NCBI GenBank assembly: GCA_036678505.1
Contig: JAZIHP010000005.1
Coordinates: 10,174 to 74,173, forward strand
Source of the DNA: Alphaproteobacteria bacterium
Lineage (GTDB): Bacteria; Pseudomonadota; Alphaproteobacteria; Rhizobiales; Rhizobiaceae
DNA: 64,000 nt
Direction: 5' to 3'
The position numbers and the translations under genes were made by a program. Positions 30,678 to 41,383 of this stretch are shown in pieces (within the stretch, counting starts at the first letter, position 1; each line of letters opens with the position of its first letter). The notes below the pieces were generated by a model. The model had not been told where the DNA came from. It searched no databases and saw only the letters and a program-made list of their open reading frames with translations.

Positions 30678-33062
30678 TTAGAAGCGTGTCGACATGCCGA
30701 AGTTGAACTCCTGCACCTTGTCGGTCTTTTCCTTGGCGACAGGAACCGCGTAATCGATGCGCAGCGGACCGAAAGGCGAAGCCCACATCAGGCCCACACC
30801 GACAGAGGCGCGCCACTTCATGTCGGTGCCGCCGACATTCAGCCCGGGCACATTGCTCTTGTTGCCATAAAGCGTTGCGGCATCCGCGAACACAGCGCCA
30901 CGCAACCCGAAGCTTTCGGGAATTGCAGGAAGTGGGAATTGAGCTTCTGCCGTTGCGTGGAAATACGTAGTGCCCCCCAAATGATCCTTGGTATTAGCAT
31001 CGTAAGGCCCGATGCCATCATAATCAAAACCACGAATGATGCGGTCGTTGCTTTTGAAATGATCGAAAACGCGCAAATCATTGTTGCCATAACCCTGGAC
31101 ATGTCCTGCGCCGGCGGTAATCAGAGCGACGATGTCCATTTCCTCAGACAAGGTCTGATAAACGGTACTGCGCGCCGTAAACTTCATAAACTTAGCATCG
31201 CCGCCCAACCCGGCAAACTCTGCGCCAAAATTAGCGTAGATGCCATAGTGGGGGCTCTTCATGTCATCGATGGTATTATAGATCAGGTTTGCACTGACCG
31301 AAGATTTCGACCAAGCTCCCCGCTTATTGCCTGACGGATCGATAATTGCATCAACTATAGCAGCCGAAAGATTACAGGTTGGATCATACGCGCCAGAAGC
31401 ATCCAAGCATTTCTTGTTAAACTTATATTTCTCTTGCGAGTAATTATATGCAAGCTGCGTCGAGATATTTTCAGTGATCGGCAGGCCGAAGCGCACAGTC
31501 GCGCCAGTTACTTCGCTGTCGTACTTCCGATATTCGCGCGTCGACTGAAAAATATCGAAACCAGCAGCGATACGGCGGCCGAGGAAATAGGGCTCGGTGA
31601 AGGAGATCATGTAATCGCGCGAATCCTTGCCGCCGCCCGCCGACAGGCGGATGTACTGGCCACGGCCAAGGAAGTTGCGCTCGGTGACCGAGCCCTGCAC
31701 CGAAGCGCCGGGCGTGTCGCCGCCGGTCGAATAACCGGCGCCGATGGAGAACTCACCGGTGGACTTCTCGACCACATCGAGAACCAGAACGACCTGATCG
31801 GGTTCGGAACCCGGCGCCGTCGAAATCTCGACGCGCTCGAAATAATCGAGGGCTTCGATGCGCTTCTTCGCGCGCTGCACCAGCACCTGGTTGAAGGCAT
31901 CGCCTTCGCTCAGGTCGAATTCGCGACGGATGACATAGTCACGCGTACGGCTGTTTCCACGAATCTCGATCCGCTCGATATAGGCTTTCGCACCCTGATC
32001 GACCGTATACACCACCGAAATGGTGCGGTTCTCGAAATTGCGATCGCCACGCGGCGTGACCTGCGCAAAGGCATAGCCGCGCTCGGCCACGCGCTCCGTC
32101 AGCGCGATCAGCGTATCCTCGACCGCCTTGGCGCTGTAGACGGCGCCGGCACGGGTCTGAACCAGCGACTGGAGCGAATTCGGATCGATCTCGCCAATCG
32201 AGCTGTCGACGCTGACATCGCCAAAGGTATAGCGCTGGCCTTCATCGACGGTGATGGTCACCGTGTATTTGTTGGTAGCCTCATCCAGCTCGCCAAAGGA
32301 CGACACCACCTGGAAATCGGCATAGCCGCGATTGTAGTAGAAACGGCGCAGCAACTCCTCGTCAGCGCGCAGCTTGTCGTCGCTGTAGACGTCATCCCGC
32401 AGCAGGAAAGACATGAAATTGGAGCGCTTGGTGCTGACGACATCGGCCAGGCGGCGGCTGCTGAACGCCTGATTGCCGACAAAATTCACCGCGGCGATCT
32501 TGGTGCGCCCGCCCTCAACCACGTTGAACACGACATTGACGCGATTGTTGCCGAGATCGACGACCTGCGAGGTAACAGCCGCATCCTCGCGGCCGACGCG
32601 GCGATAGGCATCCTTGATGGCTTCCACATCGGCATCGACCGCAGCCTGCGAATAGGGGCTGCGCGGCTTGAGCTGAACGGCGGCGACGAGCTGCGCGTCC
32701 TTCACCTTCTTGTTGCCCTGGAACATCACCTGATTGACGATCTGATATTCAGATACGGTCACGACCAGAGACGAGCCAACCTGATTGATGCGCACATCGG
32801 AGAACATGCCCGTGGCAAACAGCGTCTTCACCGCATTGTCCACATCGGCGCTGGAGAAAGCGCGGCCGGGCCTGATCGAGATCTGGTTGCGAACCGTATC
32901 GGCATCGATGCGCGAATTTCCGCGCACCTCGATGCGGCTGACCACGGCAGCTTCGGCGGCAGACACAGACATGAGCTGTACCGCGAATACGCCCGGAACG
33001 GCCAGCGCGGCGGACAATGCCGCCGCGGAAGCGGCGCTCAGAAACTTGGATGCTGCCTTCAT
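30678..33062 (-). CDS. bamA: Outer membrane protein assembly factor BamA
   Basis: Signal peptide, POTRA repeats (RIEVRGN..., IERIEIRGNSRTRD), an Omp85 barrel with the RGF loop-6 motif, and the C-terminal FGMSTRF. Confidence 0.96.
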   Translation of the reverse strand: MKAASKFLSAASAAALSAALAVPGVFAVQLMSVSAAEAAVVSRIEVRGNSRIDADTVRNQISIRPGRAFSSADVDNAVKTLFATGMFSDVRINQVGSSLVVTVSEYQIVNQVMFQGNKKVKDAQLVAAVQLKPRSPYSQAAVDADVEAIKDAYRRVGREDAAVTSQVVDLGNNRVNVVFNVVEGGRTKIAAVNFVGNQAFSSRRLADVVSTKRSNFMSFLLRDDVYSDDKLRADEELLRRFYYNRGYADFQVVSSFGELDEATNKYTVTITVDEGQRYTFGDVSVDSSIGEIDPNSLQSLVQTRAGAVYSAKAVEDTLIALTERVAERGYAFAQVTPRGDRNFENRTISVVYTVDQGAKAYIERIEIRGNSRTRDYVIRREFDLSEGDAFNQVLVQRAKKRIEALDYFERVEISTAPGSEPDQVVLVLDVVEKSTGEFSIGAGYSTGGDTPGASVQGSVTERNFLGRGQYIRLSAGGGKDSRDYMISFTEPYFLGRRIAAGFDIFQSTREYRKYDSEVTGATVRFGLPITENISTQLAYNYSQEKYKFNKKCLDASGAYDPTCNLSAAIVDAIIDPSGNKRGAWSKSSVSANLIYNTIDDMKSPHYGIYANFGAEFAGLGGDAKFMKFTARSTVYQTLSEEMDIVALITAGAGHVQGYGNNDLRVFDHFKSNDRIIRGFDYDGIGPYDANTKDHLGGTTYFHATAEAQFPLPAIPESFGLRGAVFADAATLYGNKSNVPGLNVGGTDMKWRASVGVGLMWASPFGPLRIDYAVPVAKEKTDKVQEFNFGMSTRF

Positions 33063-33276
33063 CGGGCTATATAACCTTCTCGTATTCCACGGCGAGAAAC
33101 CGGACACTCGGCCAAAATTCCCATACCGTATTAACCGGATTTTCCCTACACGCAAGGCTTCTGGTTAATTAGTGTTTACTTGGCCGGCCGGCGTTGCTTT
33201 CGCGTCACGCATATTCCCGTCCATGGTAAACGCCTTCTCAACACAATCGCCTCCTGATCAGGATTCGTTCATGATT

Positions 33277-34419
33277 TCAACAACCAAACAGGTCGTTCCA
33301 GAATACGAATCCCATGAAGCCTAGAACGGCGAGCATACCGACCTTGTATATGGCTTCCATCGTGCGTTCGGACACGGGGCGCCCCAGGACGACCTCCATA
33401 GCATAGAACAGCAGATGTCCACCATCGAGGGGCGGAATCGGCAAAAGATTTAATATGCCTATCCCCACCGAAAGCAGCGCCACGAGCTGCACCAGCCAGT
33501 CGAATCCGAGTTTGGCCGCCTGCGCCGACATGCCCGCGATCTTCACCGGGCCGCCCAGCTGGCACTTGTCCTCGCGGCCGACCGCGAATCGTTTCATGAA
33601 CTGGCCCGTCCGCCCGATGATATGGCCGGTCTCCGTCACCGCTGCCGACAGGGCCCCGGCAGGCGTGTAGGTGATCAGCCGCGGCTGGCCGAGTTCCTGG
33701 TTGTTGACCACGCCGATAACCGCGACCCTGATCTTGTTGCCCAGCGCGTCTTCCTGCTCCATCAGCTGCGGCGTCGCCGTCAGGCTGACCTCGCGTCCAT
33801 CCCGCAGCATGACAAAGGCGAGCGCATCGCCTGCCCGGCCCGAAACCAGCCGCTGCACATCGGCGAAGGTTTCCACCTTCTCGCCATCGACGCTGACGAA
33901 GCGGTCTCCCGGCATGATGCCGGCTTCCGCCGCGGGGCTGCCGGTATTGACGGTGGCGACCATCGGCTCGGCGACATAGCGGCCGTGGATCGAAAACATC
34001 GCCGCGAACACGGCGATGGTGAGCAGGAAATTGAAAAGCGGCCCGGCGAAAACAGTTGCCGCCCGCTTCCATACGGGCTGCGTATGAAAGGCGATGCGGC
34101 GCTCTGTTTCACTCAGTTCCGCGCCGTCGCCGGAGCCCGCCGGGCTCGATGTGACGTTCATGTCGCCAACGAATTTCACATAGCCGCCCAGCGGTATGGC
34201 GCACAGCTTCCAGCGCGTGCCGCGCCGATCGTTGAAGCCGGCAAGTTCCGGCCCGAAGCCGATGGAAAAAGCCTGCACGCCGATGCCGCAGGCCCGGCCC
34301 ACCAGATAGTGTCCCATCTCATGGACGAACACGACAACGGTCAGCACGAAAAGAAACGGCACCAGAGTACCGAGCAATAAACCTTCGGTGCCGAACAGCG
34401 CCTGCCAGATGTCGTTCAA
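33277..34419 (-). CDS. rseP: RIP zinc metalloprotease RseP
   Basis: HEMGHY zincin motif, a PDZ domain, and the C-terminal LLPIPPLDGG. Confidence 0.95.
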   Translation of the reverse strand: MNDIWQALFGTEGLLLGTLVPFLFVLTVVVFVHEMGHYLVGRACGIGVQAFSIGFGPELAGFNDRRGTRWKLCAIPLGGYVKFVGDMNVTSSPAGSGDGAELSETERRIAFHTQPVWKRAATVFAGPLFNFLLTIAVFAAMFSIHGRYVAEPMVATVNTGSPAAEAGIMPGDRFVSVDGEKVETFADVQRLVSGRAGDALAFVMLRDGREVSLTATPQLMEQEDALGNKIRVAVIGVVNNQELGQPRLITYTPAGALSAAVTETGHIIGRTGQFMKRFAVGREDKCQLGGPVKIAGMSAQAAKLGFDWLVQLVALLSVGIGILNLLPIPPLDGGHLLFYAMEVVLGRPVSERTMEAIYKVGMLAVLGFMGFVFWNDLFGC

Positions 34420-34524
34420 ATCAAACCCTCGATTCGCCGGTCCATGTCAGGAGGACATGAACCGCTGTTGCGACTGATGCGCCAAAGCCGGCAGATCCCT
34501 CACCGGATCGCCATTGCCGGCCGC

Positions 34525-35340
34525 CTACCCTGCGAACAGGCCGTGCGCCGGATTGTCGGGAGAAGCGGCCAGACTGCCGATGAGGTAAAGCGCGAGCGCC
34601 GCCACCACAAGTCCGTCGACCCGGTCCATCACGCCGCCATGCCCCGGAATGAGCTGGCTGGAGTCCTTGGCGCCGTGCCGCCGTTTCACCCACGATTCTA
34701 ACAGGTCGCCAATTTGCGACACGATCGAAAGCAGCAGGGCCGCCAATCCCGCGAGCAACTGATTGCCCGTTCCGGCCAGTGCAACGACCAGAACGCCCGC
34801 CACAACGCCGGCGACGGTGCCGCCCGCGGCGCCGCTCCATGTCTTGCCGGGCGAAATGGCGGGAGCGAGTTTAGGGCCTCCAACAGACCGGCCAACAAAA
34901 TAGGCCAGCGTGTCCGTGGTCCACACAACGGCGAACAGAAACAGGATGGCCAGGAAACCAGCCTGATCGCCGCCACGAAGATGCGCGAGCGCGAAACCGG
35001 ACAGCGACGCATAGGCCAGCCCCGCCGCGTCCCACTGCCCGGCGCCGCGAACCGCTCCGAAAACGGCGAGGATGACGACGCCGGCCAGCGTCAGCGCAAG
35101 GAAGGTCATCGCGGGCACGCCAAGCGCGAGCGCCGCCAGAAGCATGGCCATAAGCGCTTCGGGAAGCAATTCCGCCCCCCGGGCGGCAGCCGGGCGCGTC
35201 ATCCGCGTCCACTCGTAGAAAACCGCGCCTGCGATAAGAATCGCCAGAAACCGGAACGGCAGGCCGCCCAGCCAGGTCAGCGTGAGCACGATGGCGGCCA
35301 GAACGACGCCCGATATGATTCGAAGCTGAAGATTGCTCAT
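34525..35340 (-). CDS. cdsA: Phosphatidate cytidylyltransferase
   Basis: Signature [27 protein letters not shown]; 271 aa. The ATG overlaps the uppS stop (ATGA). Confidence 0.94.
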   Translation of the reverse strand: MSNLQLRIISGVVLAAIVLTLTWLGGLPFRFLAILIAGAVFYEWTRMTRPAAARGAELLPEALMAMLLAALALGVPAMTFLALTLAGVVILAVFGAVRGAGQWDAAGLAYASLSGFALAHLRGGDQAGFLAILFLFAVVWTTDTLAYFVGRSVGGPKLAPAISPGKTWSGAAGGTVAGVVAGVLVVALAGTGNQLLAGLAALLLSIVSQIGDLLESWVKRRHGAKDSSQLIPGHGGVMDRVDGLVVAALALYLIGSLAASPDNPAHGLFAG

Positions 35341-36071
35341 CTGACGACTGCCGGCGTTACGGCCTCCTCGGAAGACAGGCCACCGAACCGGCGCTCGCGT
35401 CCCGCATAATCGCGCAACGCCTCGGCCAGATGGGCGTCGCCAAAATCCGGCCAGTAGCAGGGCAGGAAAACGAGTTCGCTGTAGGCAGCCTGCCACAGCA
35501 GAAAATTCGACAGGCGCAGCTCCCCGCTGGTGCGGATGACGAGGTCCGGATCGGGTATGTCCTTTGTATCGAGCGCGCGCGTGATGTCGTCCATGCCGAT
35601 CTCGCACGGCAGGATTTCCCCGCGCATGGCAGCCTCAGCCAGCTTGCGCGCAGCCCGCACGATCTCGTCGCGGCTGCCATAGTTGAAGGCGATGACCAGC
35701 GTGAGACTGCCGTTTTCCCGCGTGAGGTTCTCCGCCTCCTCCAGCAGGCCGCGTATGTCGGGCTGGAGGGTTTCCCGATCGCCGATGATCCGCACGCGAA
35801 CGCCGCTGCGGTGGAGCTCGGCCAGGTCGCGGCGGATGAAAAGCTTCAGCAGCCCCATGAGGTCGGTGACCTCGGACTTGGGTCGCGACCAGTTCTCGGA
35901 AGAGAAGGCGTAAACGGTCAGAAAGGAAATGCCGAAGTCCGGAACGATGCGCACCAGATTGCGCAACGCTTCCACACCCGCCCTGTGCCCGGCGACACGC
36001 GGAAGACCCCGGGATTTCGCCCAGCGCCCATTTCCGTCCATAATGATCGCAACATGCGTTGGGCTTGTCAT
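35337..36071 (-). CDS. uppS: Isoprenyl transferase (undecaprenyl-diphosphate synthase)
   Basis: [13 protein letters not shown] and ...[15 protein letters not shown] motifs. Confidence 0.95.
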   Translation of the reverse strand: MTSPTHVAIIMDGNGRWAKSRGLPRVAGHRAGVEALRNLVRIVPDFGISFLTVYAFSSENWSRPKSEVTDLMGLLKLFIRRDLAELHRSGVRVRIIGDRETLQPDIRGLLEEAENLTRENGSLTLVIAFNYGSRDEIVRAARKLAEAAMRGEILPCEIGMDDITRALDTKDIPDPDLVIRTSGELRLSNFLLWQAAYSELVFLPCYWPDFGDAHLAEALRDYAGRERRFGGLSSEEAVTPAVVR

Positions 36072-36117
36072 TCGTCCGCCTTCAGGCCGGCTGGTGCAAC
36101 TTTTCGCAAAGCCCGGA

Positions 36118-36672
36118 CTAAACCTGCATGATCTCCGTTTCCTTCTCGGCCAGAAGGCCGTCGATGGAAGAAATGGTTTCATCGGTCAGCTTCTGGACCA
36201 GATCGGACTGCTTGCGCTGATCGTCCTCGCTGATATCCCCGTCCTTTTCCGCCTTTTTCAGGGCGTCCATGCCGTCGCGGCGAACGTGGCGCACCGCAAC
36301 GCGCGCGTTTTCGGCGTAGGTGTGGGAAATCTTGACCAGCTCCTTGCGGCGCTGCTCATTGAGCTCCGGCAGGGGAATACGCAGATTGTTGCCGTCGACG
36401 ATCGGGTTGAAGCCGAGATTGGCTTCACGAATCGCGCGATCCACGGCTCCGACCATCGACTTGTCCCAAACGGAGACCGAAATCATGCGCGGCTCGGGCA
36501 CGGATACGGTCGCCACCTGATTGATCGGCATGGCCGAGCCGTAGGCCTGAACCTGAATGGCGTCGAGCAGGTTCGAGGAGGCGCGCCCGGTGCGCAACGA
36601 GGCCAGATCCTGCTTGAATGCGTTGATGGCGCCGTCCATGCGCCGCTTCAGGTCGTCGAAATTGCCGCTCAT
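36118..36672 (-). CDS. frr: Ribosome recycling factor
   Basis: 184-aa protein with [10 protein letters not shown]...ISVPEPRM...[14 protein letters not shown]. Confidence 0.96.
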   Translation of the reverse strand: MSGNFDDLKRRMDGAINAFKQDLASLRTGRASSNLLDAIQVQAYGSAMPINQVATVSVPEPRMISVSVWDKSMVGAVDRAIREANLGFNPIVDGNNLRIPLPELNEQRRKELVKISHTYAENARVAVRHVRRDGMDALKKAEKDGDISEDDQRKQSDLVQKLTDETISSIDGLLAEKETEIMQV

Positions 36673-36752
36673 GATTTTCTCCTCAGCCCGTCTTCGGGGC
36701 TCGTAATTTCCTGTGTTGACCGGCGGGCAGCCATTGCCTGCCCGCGAACCGT

Positions 36753-37475
36753 TCAATCGTCGGCAACGACCGTGCAGCGGCCACCGCCCCGCAAAATGTC
36801 TCCAAATCCACCCTGTGCGTGGATCGAATAGACGATTATCGGAATGTTGTTTTCCCGCGCAAGGGCAATTGCGGCCGTATCCATGATGGCGAGGCCGCGA
36901 TTGATCACCTCGGCATGGGTGATGCGCTCAAAGCGGGTTGCGGAAGGGTCTTTCTTGGGATCCGCCGAGTAGACGCCGTCGACCTGCGTGCCCTTGAACA
37001 GCGCATCGGCGCCGATTTCGGCGGCGCGAAGCGCCGCGGCGGAATCCGTGGTGAAGAAGGGATTGCCGGTGCCGCCTGCAAAAATGACCACCTTGCCCTG
37101 ATCCATATAGGCCGTTGCCTGACGCTGGGAAAAACTCTCGCACAGCTCGGGCATGGCAATGGCGGACAGAACGACCGCATCGACGCCGATCTTGATCAGC
37201 GAGGTGCGCAGCGCCAGCGAATTGATGACCGTGGCCAGCATGCCCATATGATCGCCGGTAACGCGGTCTCCGCCCTTGGAAGCGACGGCCACGCCGCGAA
37301 AGATATTGCCGCCGCCGATGACGACGCCGACCTCGACGCCGAGGCTGCGGGCTTCCGCGATGTCTGAGGCGATGCGATCCACGACGGAAACGTCGATGCC
37401 GAAATGCTGGTCTCCCATCAGGGCCTCGCCCGACGCTTTCAACAATACCCGCCGGTAAGGAAGCCTGCCCGTCAT
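36753..37475 (-). CDS. pyrH: UMP kinase
   Basis: [23 protein letters not shown] and [17 protein letters not shown] motifs. Confidence 0.96.
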   Translation of the reverse strand: MTGRLPYRRVLLKASGEALMGDQHFGIDVSVVDRIASDIAEARSLGVEVGVVIGGGNIFRGVAVASKGGDRVTGDHMGMLATVINSLALRTSLIKIGVDAVVLSAIAMPELCESFSQRQATAYMDQGKVVIFAGGTGNPFFTTDSAAALRAAEIGADALFKGTQVDGVYSADPKKDPSATRFERITHAEVINRGLAIMDTAAIALARENNIPIIVYSIHAQGGFGDILRGGGRCTVVADD

Positions 37476-37614
37476 ACTGATCCCCGGTAAAAGCGTTGAA
37501 TGGCGATGCCGGGCGAATATGCCCTGCCCGGCATGTGGTGGGCCGACCCGATACACGAAGGGCGCCGCGATGTCACGCGGCGCCCTTCTCAAGATAACAG
37601 GCGGATGCCGGAGC

Positions 37615-38535
37615 TTACTTCTTGACCGTCGCCGCAACTTCGGCGGCGAAGTCGGTCTCTTCCTTCTCGATGCCCTCGCCGAGCGCAAAACGGAGGTAGC
37701 CGGTGATCTTCGCCGGGGCGCCGATTTCCTTCTCCGCTTCCTTCAGCGCGTCCGCGACGGTGAGGTCGGGGTTCAGGACGAAGGACTGCTTGAGCAGAAC
37801 GACTTCCTCGTAGAACTTGCGCAGACGACCCTCGACCATCTTCTCGATGATGTTCTCGGGCTTGCCCGACTGGCGGGCCTGATCGGAGAAGATCGCCTTC
37901 TCACGCTCGACAGCGGCCGGATCGAGCGCATCGATGTCCAGCGCCATCGGATTGATCGCGGCGATGTGCATGGCGACCTGGCGGCCGAAGGCGGCAGCCT
38001 TCTGCGCGTCGCCGGCGGTTTCGATGGCGACCAGAACGCCCAGCTTGCCGAGATTGTCGGCAACCGAATTATGCACATAGGTGGCGACGGCGCCTTCCGG
38101 TACGACGAGCTTGGCCGAGCGGCGGAAGCCCAGATTCTCACCGATGGTGCCGACCGCATCCTTGACGGTGTCGGTGACGGTCTTGTCGGAACCCGGATAC
38201 CGCGCAGCCGCGACAGCCTCGGTAGCGCCGAACGCCAGGGCGACCTTGGCGATGTTGGCGACGATCTGCTGGAAAGCCTCGTTACGGGCAACGAAATCGG
38301 TCTCGGAGTTGACTTCGACCATGGCAGCCTCGCGCAGGCCCTGATCGACGCCGATCAGGCCTTCGGCCGCCGTGCGGCCAGACTTCTTGTCCGCCTTGGC
38401 GATGCCCTTCTTGCGCAGCCAGTCGACCGCGGCTTCCATGTCGCCACCGGTCTCGGCCAGGGCTGCCTTGCAGTCCATCATGCCCGCGCCGGTGAGGTCG
38501 CGGAGTTCTTTGACCTGTGCTGCTGAAATGCTCAT
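37615..38535 (-). CDS. tsf: Elongation factor Ts
   Basis: [29 protein letters not shown]-like N-terminus; 306 aa. Confidence 0.97.
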   Translation of the reverse strand: MSISAAQVKELRDLTGAGMMDCKAALAETGGDMEAAVDWLRKKGIAKADKKSGRTAAEGLIGVDQGLREAAMVEVNSETDFVARNEAFQQIVANIAKVALAFGATEAVAAARYPGSDKTVTDTVKDAVGTIGENLGFRRSAKLVVPEGAVATYVHNSVADNLGKLGVLVAIETAGDAQKAAAFGRQVAMHIAAINPMALDIDALDPAAVEREKAIFSDQARQSGKPENIIEKMVEGRLRKFYEEVVLLKQSFVLNPDLTVADALKEAEKEIGAPAKITGYLRFALGEGIEKEETDFAAEVAATVKK

Positions 38536-38685
38536 TTAATGCCTCTTCGTTCAGAAACGGGAAGCGCACCGCCAAATTTTCAGCGATGCGCCATGCCCGG
38601 GACGCCCGGTGCGTCCTGGTAGCGGAAAGGACGGGGCCTTACGGCCCTCGTCTCGGACTTCCGGCGACGCGGCGCCGGCGGGGTC

Positions 38686-39471
38686 TCAGGCTTCCGGCGA
38701 TGCTTCGCCGGCGGGCGTCTCGGTCAGCGCCTGCTCGACGGGAGCCTCGGCCGAAGCGCCGATGTCGATGCCGAGCGCGCCCTGCTGGCGGGCGATGCCG
38801 TCAATGGCAGCCTTGGCGATCAGATCGCAGTAGAGCTGGATTGCGCGGGCGGCGTCGTCGTTGCCGGGGATCGGAAAATCCACCTTGTCCGGATCGCAGT
38901 TCGAATCGATGATGGCGACCACCGGAATGCCGAGGCGCTTGGCCTCCTGAATGGCGATGGCTTCCTTGTTGGTGTCGATGACGAACATCAGGTCCGGCGT
39001 GGAGCCCATGTCCTTGATGCCGCCGAGAGCCTTGTCGAGTTTTTCGCGCTCGCGCTCGAGGTTCAGGCGTTCCTTCTTGGTGAAGCCCTGAGCCTCGCTG
39101 CCCAGAAGCTCGTCGAGCTTGCGCAGGCGCTGGATCGAGTTGGAGATCGTCTTCCAGTTGGTCAGCATGCCGCCGAGCCAGCGCGAGTTGACGTAGTACT
39201 GCGCCGAACGCTGCGCGGCATCGGCAACGATGTCCGAAGCCTGACGCTTGGTGCCCACGAACAGGACGCGGCCGCCGCGCGAGACGACATCCGAAACCTG
39301 CTTCAGCGCCTGATGCAGGAGCGGAACGGTCTGGGAAAGATCGATGATGTGGACGTTGTTGCGGGCGCCATAGATGTACTGGGCCATCTTCGGGTTCCAG
39401 CGGTGGGTCTGGTGGCCGAAGTGCGCGCCGGCTTCGAGAAGCTCACGCATAGAGAAATCAGGCACTGCCAT
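38686..39471 (-). CDS. rpsB: 30S ribosomal protein S2
   Basis: [23 protein letters not shown]-terminus, with an acidic/Ala-rich C-terminal tail. Confidence 0.97.
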   Translation of the reverse strand: MAVPDFSMRELLEAGAHFGHQTHRWNPKMAQYIYGARNNVHIIDLSQTVPLLHQALKQVSDVVSRGGRVLFVGTKRQASDIVADAAQRSAQYYVNSRWLGGMLTNWKTISNSIQRLRKLDELLGSEAQGFTKKERLNLEREREKLDKALGGIKDMGSTPDLMFVIDTNKEAIAIQEAKRLGIPVVAIIDSNCDPDKVDFPIPGNDDAARAIQLYCDLIAKAAIDGIARQQGALGIDIGASAEAPVEQALTETPAGEASPEA

Positions 39472-39641
39472 TCTTTAGTTCCTTTCCGGTTGGCCTCCAC
39501 GGACGTCGGCATTCCGGCTTGCGCCGCAATGCCACCGGAGGCATCGGCCGGATTTCTCCCGGCACGATCCCAAAGTCCGTGTGTGGAATGGCCGCGCATA
39601 TATAGGCTCGCGCACTGAAACGCAACCCGCCGGCGGCCGGT

Positions 39642-39932
39642 TCATGCCGCCTCGCGAAGGGCCCTGCCCCCGGCCGGGACGCGCACGCGCCGGAAGATCG
39701 CGACGATTTCCTCCCGGCTGCATTCGATGGCGCCGAGACGCAGCGCCCGGTCACGCTCCAGGCCGGTGATGTCGTAATGCGGCGCGGATGTCTTCGGCGG
39801 CCCCTGATAGGAAGACAGTTTTAGCCCCAGCCGCACCGCGAAACGGTGCAGTTCGGCGGTGTCGTCGGCCATCAGATGGCACCAGCGCCGGCCCGCGAAG
39901 CGCCAGATCGCCGCATCCACGTAAACCGCCAC
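39642..39932 (-). CDS. DUF4031 domain protein
   Basis: MAVYVDAAIWRFAGRRWCHLMADDTAELHRFAVRLGL...HYDIT matches my memory of the DUF4031 pattern. Confidence 0.7.
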   Translation of the reverse strand: MAVYVDAAIWRFAGRRWCHLMADDTAELHRFAVRLGLKLSSYQGPPKTSAPHYDITGLERDRALRLGAIECSREEIVAIFRRVRVPAGGRALREAA

Positions 39933-39941
39933 CGGAACGCC

Positions 39942-40775
39942 CTATTTCTTGCAGGCACCGGGCCGGGCGCCCTCGAACAGCGACAGATCGACAAGCTTCC
40001 CGGTCATGGAAAAATCGCCATAGTCCATCTGGAGGTCGCGCGTCAGCCCATTTTCATACATCTTGAAGCTGATGCGATATTCCGGCATTTCCTCGCCGCC
40101 GTCGCTTTCTGCCGGATTGAAATACGCGATGTCGACCGGCCAGAACCTGTCCTTTTTCAGCGTTGCCAGCGCCGGCAGTTCGGGATCCTTGCTGTCGGCC
40201 CCGGCCGGCTTGCCGATGACGACCGTGGTCAGCATGATGCGGTCGGCATCTTCCGAACCGTCGTACAGGCTGGTTTCGTAGAAGTTTTCGCCCTTCTGCG
40301 CCTTGTCGATCAGTTCGAACATGTGCCGGGTCGGAAACTGGGTGAGGTCGAGCGTCACCGTGTTCGGCTCAGGCTTTTCGATATCGACGCGCACCGAATC
40401 CTTTTCGCGGCGCGCCGTGCCCTTTACTTCCCGCTCCAGATTCTGGTCGACGAACGACCTGGTCACGAAAGAGAAGGTCTTGCCCTCGCCATCCTCGAAA
40501 GTCGTCGTCTGCTGATCGGTCATGCGCATGCTGTCAGTGGTGCTGATGCGCGTCACGAGGCGGAATTTCACGGTGTAGCCGTCGCATTGCGAGCCGTTGA
40601 ACTCATACACCATGCGCCCGGATATACCGGTGATGCCCGAACGCTCGTTGGCCTTGCTCAACGAGATGTCATAAACGGCACGGTGGGGTTGCAGAACCGG
40701 TGCTGCAAAGGCTGGAACGGTGGAAAAGATGGTCGGAAGCAGGATGGCGGTATAGGCAAGGCGCGTTGCGCGCAT
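39942..40775 (-). CDS. eipB: Cell-envelope integrity protein EipB (DUF1849)
   Basis: Signal peptide MRATRLAYTAILLPTIFSTVPAFA, then a DUF1849-like sequence (HRAVYDISL...SGRMVYEF.GS.CDGY...). The cysteines near the N- and C-terminal ends fit the Brucella EipB description. Confidence 0.75.
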   Translation of the reverse strand: MRATRLAYTAILLPTIFSTVPAFAAPVLQPHRAVYDISLSKANERSGITGISGRMVYEFNGSQCDGYTVKFRLVTRISTTDSMRMTDQQTTTFEDGEGKTFSFVTRSFVDQNLEREVKGTARREKDSVRVDIEKPEPNTVTLDLTQFPTRHMFELIDKAQKGENFYETSLYDGSEDADRIMLTTVVIGKPAGADSKDPELPALATLKKDRFWPVDIAYFNPAESDGGEEMPEYRISFKMYENGLTRDLQMDYGDFSMTGKLVDLSLFEGARPGACKK

Positions 40776-40912
40776 GTACAAGCTCCGGTCATGGCAGCCG
40801 GCCGTTCCGGCGGCGGGAACGGCCAAGCATAAAAATTGTCGTGGCGGAAGCGAGGCAAGAACTGCACTTTCGGCCGAACCGTCACAGGGGCCTCAAGCAA
40901 TAGGGAATTACC

Positions 40913-41377
40913 ATGAGCGAGACAATCGAAAAGCGGCTGAACGATCTGGGCGTGACGCTGCCTGTGGCCGCGGCGCCTGCCGCCAATTACGTTCCGTTCG
41001 TGCGAAGCGGCAATCTGCTGTTTCCCTCCGGCCAGCTGCCCATCAGCGACGGCAAGCTCGCGGTCACCGGCCTGCTGGGCAAGGATGTCGATCTGGCCGC
41101 CGGTCAGGAAGCCGCGAAGCTGTGCGCCATCAACGTTCTGGCGCAGGCGAAAGCAGCACTTGGAGACCTTGAGAAAATCAGGCGGCTGGTGAAAATCACC
41201 GTCTATGTGGCTTCCGCCCCGACTTTCACCGAGCAGCATCTGGTCGGCAACGGCGCGTCCGACTTCTTCGCCGCAGCGCTTGGCGAACGCGGCAGGCACG
41301 CGCGCGTCGCCATCGGCATGGCCGCTCTTCCGCTCAATGCCTCGGTCGAGGTCGAGGCCATATTCGAGGTCGAATAA
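40913..41377 (+). CDS. RidA/YjgF family protein
   Basis: 154-aa YjgF-like sequence ...FPSGQLPI...ARVAIGMAALPLNASVEVEAIFEV. Confidence 0.85.
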   Translation: MSETIEKRLNDLGVTLPVAAAPAANYVPFVRSGNLLFPSGQLPISDGKLAVTGLLGKDVDLAAGQEAAKLCAINVLAQAKAALGDLEKIRRLVKITVYVASAPTFTEQHLVGNGASDFFAAALGERGRHARVAIGMAALPLNASVEVEAIFEVE

Positions 41378-41383
41378 ACTGCG

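Noticed and set aside
34420-34524. Absence of dxr between cdsA and rseP, and of lpxH in the lpx cluster, as a possible deletion.
   Set aside because: The uppS-cdsA-rseP-bamA order without dxr, and lpxI in place of lpxH, are normal for many alphaproteobacteria. The 105-nt spacer shows no gene remnant.
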